Source: Candidatus Eiseniibacteriota bacterium (GTDB lineage: Bacteria > Eisenbacteria > RBG-16-71-46). From it: a DNA stretch of 64,000 nucleotides. A model generated the notes under the pieces. That model did no database searches. It saw only the letters and a program-made list of their open reading frames with translations, and was not told the DNA's origin. Below are positions 61,225 to 64,000 of the stretch, in pieces. Positions within the stretch are counted from its first letter, which is position 1. Every line of letters starts with the position of its first letter. A program made the position numbers and the translations under genes. Location: positions 15,956 through 79,955 of the forward strand of contig JBGAML010000008.1 in the NCBI GenBank assembly GCA_044223005.1, written 5' to 3'.

Positions 61225-61488
61225 CGGGGGAAGCCTCCGTGGTTCGGGCCGCCGAGCGGCGGGCCGGGGGGGGATGGACGGCGGAAGGGTGCCCCGGGGG
61301 CGGCGAATGGCGTTAGCCCACGCGTTCGGGATCGCTGGTCTGTGCGTTCGGACCGCGCCGAATGCGCCCGCGAACGCTCAGGCAAACCGTTGCGGACGCT
61401 CGGGCTCACCGCGCCTGCGGCTCTCGCATCAATCTGCCGCCCGTCGTCCGGAAGCTCTCCACTCCTTCGCTGCAGAAAGGATCTCCGC

Positions 61489-63927
61489 ATGCTCCCGACC
61501 GCCGTTCGCACCCCCGCCGGGCCGCTGGTCCCGCCCGCGCTCGCCGCCGGCCTCCTCGCGCTCCTCCTGCTCGCGCCCGTCGCGACGCATGCCGGTGCGT
61601 TCGTCCCCGGCTCCTCGACCGACGCCACCGTCGGCACGGGCCCCCGCGCCATCGCCACGGCCGACCTGAACGGTGACGGCCGTCCCGACATGATCGTCGG
61701 CAACGAAGGCTCGAGCGGCGTCTCGGTGCTGATCGGTCAGGCGGGCGGCGGGTTCGCACCGGCGGTGAACTACAACACCGGCCCGGTGCCGGGCGAGGTC
61801 GGCATAGCCGACTTCGACGGCGACGGCGTGCTCGACTTCGTGGTCGGGCACTACAACACCAACACCGTCGTGATCATGCGCGGTACCGGCACGGGCACGT
61901 TCACGACCGGCGTCACGCTCACCGGACCGCCGCATCCGGAAGGGCTCGCCGCCGCCGACCTGAACGGCGACGGCATGCTCGACCTGGCCGCGTGCGGATA
62001 CGCCTCGAGCTCGACCGGCACGTCGAGCGTGTGGCTCAACACCGGCACGCCCGGTGGTGCGCTGGCGTTCGGGTCGCGCTCGGACTACGCGGTCGGCGCG
62101 TGGCCGAACAGCATCCGCGCCGGCCGCTTCGCGACCAACCGCACCGGGCTCGTCACCGCCAACTACAACGGCGCGTCGCTGACGATCCTCGACAACGACG
62201 GCACGGGACACTTCCCGGTCCGCTCCGACCTGCCGGCGCCGCCGCACGTCTACATGGCGGCGACCACCGAGCTGTTCGGGGACGACCGCGCGGCGATCGT
62301 CACGGCGAACGCCGATTCCAACTCGGTGAGCGTCTATCGCTGGGATCTCGTGCACCTCGTGTGGCATCGCGCCGACTACGCCACCGCGAGTCGCCCGACC
62401 TACGTGACGATCGCCGACGCCGACGCCGACGGCGCCCTCGACGTGCTGACGTCGGACTACGTCGCCGGGCAGGTGTCGATCTTCCTCGTCGATCTGCACG
62501 GCGATCTGCATGCCCGCGTCGACGTGCCGGCGGTGACGAACCCATACGCGGTCGCGGTGGCCGACTTCGATGGAGACGGCAAGCCCGACCTCGTGACGTC
62601 GAACCGCAGCGGCAACACGGTGCGCGTCGTGCGCGGCCTGCCGAAGGCCGGCTGGGGCGTGCTCGACACGATTCCCGCGTTCACGGCGCCGAACCAGAAC
62701 GGCGACCTGATGCGTGTGGGGCCGGGCAGCGGGACGTGGCGGCTGCTCGACGTCTCATCCGTGTGGTGCGGGGCCAGCGGCTTCATGGCCGACAACGTGC
62801 AGACGCTCCACCAGCGCTGGCTCGCACAGTCGGCCGTGAAGTTCGACTACCTGACGCTGCTCGTGGACGGTCCCACCGCGGGCGTTCCGAGCAAGCGATC
62901 CGACGCCCAGAGCTGGGCATCGAAGCATCACCTCTACCGGCCGATCCTGCACTCCGACAGCCTCGCGAACGCGAACACGTGGGCGGTCGCACGGTCCAGC
63001 GACCTCCAGGCGACGCCCACGCTGCGCCTCGTCGATCCGGCGGGGACCGTGCGGTGGGTGAACACCGGCGCCATCGAAGCGGAGAGCACGCTGGCGCGTA
63101 TCATCGCGAACGTCATCGGGGTGCCGGTGCCGCCGTTGGACACGGCCCACGTCGTCTCCGGGACACTCACGGTCTCGTACGGTGCGGAGAGCGCGTCTAC
63201 CGGGTTCGACCCGCAGAACCAGTTCTTCTTTCCCTCGGCGCCGGCCGCATTCGGGCCGCAGTTCCAGGGCTCCATCGATCTCGCGTTCAAGCGACTGACC
63301 GGCGTCGAGAAGTGGGGGGTGGGCTTCCTGCGCTGGGATCCCGTGCAGCAGGCGCTCGTCGCGCTCCCCGCGGCACAGCCGTGGCAGTTCGTATTCACGA
63401 ACCTGGGGCTCGATCCCCCGATGCGCTCGCTGCCTCCCGGCACTCTCGCCGACGTGTCCGTGGTCGGGGCGGACTTCACGGTCTATTTCGACGCGTTCAC
63501 GACTCCGGTCGCGTGGGACGGTTCCACGCTCACGATCGGCCCGATCCCGCCGGAGATGCTCGCGCCCTTCGGACCCGTGGTGCAGCTGTACGCCAAGTTC
63601 GACATGAACGCCGTGCTGCCGGCCGACGTCGCACCCTCGCATGGCCTCGCGTTCGCGCTCCGCGCGCCCGCGCCGAATCCGGCCGTGCGCGAGTCGAAGC
63701 TCGCGTGGACGCAGCCACGCGCAGGGGATGCGCGCGTCGACGTGTACGACGTCGGCGGCCGGCTCGTGCGCACGCTCGCGCGCGGCCTGCAGCCGGCGGG
63801 CGAGCACGCGGTCGCGTGGGACCTCGCGGGCGCCGACGGCACGCGGGTGGGCGCGGGGCTCTACTTCGCGCGGCTCGTCGTCGAGGGCGAGACGCCGCGC
63901 GTGGCGCGCGTGACCGTGTTGCGCTGA
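61489..63927 (+). CDS. Secreted FG-GAP/VCBS repeat protein with redoxin-like (WCxxS) domain and C-terminal sorting-like domain
   Basis: AAAGGA SD; signal ending THAGA; ADLNGDG.PD repeats; FTAPNQNG..LLDVSSVWCGAS..PT..LVDP.G; PAPNP..VYDVGGR..AGLYFARL. Confidence 0.85.
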   Translation: MLPTAVRTPAGPLVPPALAAGLLALLLLAPVATHAGAFVPGSSTDATVGTGPRAIATADLNGDGRPDMIVGNEGSSGVSVLIGQAGGGFAPAVNYNTGPVPGEVGIADFDGDGVLDFVVGHYNTNTVVIMRGTGTGTFTTGVTLTGPPHPEGLAAADLNGDGMLDLAACGYASSSTGTSSVWLNTGTPGGALAFGSRSDYAVGAWPNSIRAGRFATNRTGLVTANYNGASLTILDNDGTGHFPVRSDLPAPPHVYMAATTELFGDDRAAIVTANADSNSVSVYRWDLVHLVWHRADYATASRPTYVTIADADADGALDVLTSDYVAGQVSIFLVDLHGDLHARVDVPAVTNPYAVAVADFDGDGKPDLVTSNRSGNTVRVVRGLPKAGWGVLDTIPAFTAPNQNGDLMRVGPGSGTWRLLDVSSVWCGASGFMADNVQTLHQRWLAQSAVKFDYLTLLVDGPTAGVPSKRSDAQSWASKHHLYRPILHSDSLANANTWAVARSSDLQATPTLRLVDPAGTVRWVNTGAIEAESTLARIIANVIGVPVPPLDTAHVVSGTLTVSYGAESASTGFDPQNQFFFPSAPAAFGPQFQGSIDLAFKRLTGVEKWGVGFLRWDPVQQALVALPAAQPWQFVFTNLGLDPPMRSLPPGTLADVSVVGADFTVYFDAFTTPVAWDGSTLTIGPIPPEMLAPFGPVVQLYAKFDMNAVLPADVAPSHGLAFALRAPAPNPAVRESKLAWTQPRAGDARVDVYDVGGRLVRTLARGLQPAGEHAVAWDLAGADGTRVGAGLYFARLVVEGETPRVARVTVLR

Positions 63928-64000
63928 GACGCGCGGCGGGAGCGCGCTCGGCGGCTTCGCAGCGCCGAGCGGCTCGCGATCGCGGCAACGAATCGCGGCG

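Noticed and set aside
43204..64000. Accessory region as a mobile element
   Set aside because: No integrase, transposase, tRNA or att repeats seen; treated only as a variable region

Overview
Very GC-rich bacterial genomic window. The lineage is probably FCB-related, such as Ca. Eisenbacteria; this is inferred from the FlgD-Ig/T9SS-like C-terminal tails, a C-terminal SWGxxKxxYR motif, a Bacteroidota-style hybrid two-component system and a short ATP synthase epsilon. The first ~43 kb is core-like. It holds a His-less sensor kinase (partial), a DUF4159-DUF4175-TPR-GATase-like operon, secDF, an OMP gene and guaB. It also holds a sigma54-promoter gene divergent from a strongly degenerate MCP / CheA-REC / REC-GAF-HD-GYP-like chemosensory module, an NTase-TPM-lemA operon, a 2-oxoacid:ferredoxin oxidoreductase, a ferredoxin, an M20 peptidase, yajQ, a NUDIX gene and a complete F0F1 atp operon in which an AtpI-like domain is fused to subunit a. 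The last ~21 kb is accessory. It encodes five large secreted proteins sharing a C-terminal sorting-like domain (including GH16 and GH81 beta-1,3-glucanases preceded by a shared palindrome), a SemiSWEET, an HTCS regulator and a Fic remnant. I saw no rRNA, tRNA, CRISPR array or transposase. All family assignments come from motif recognition by eye; no database searches were run.
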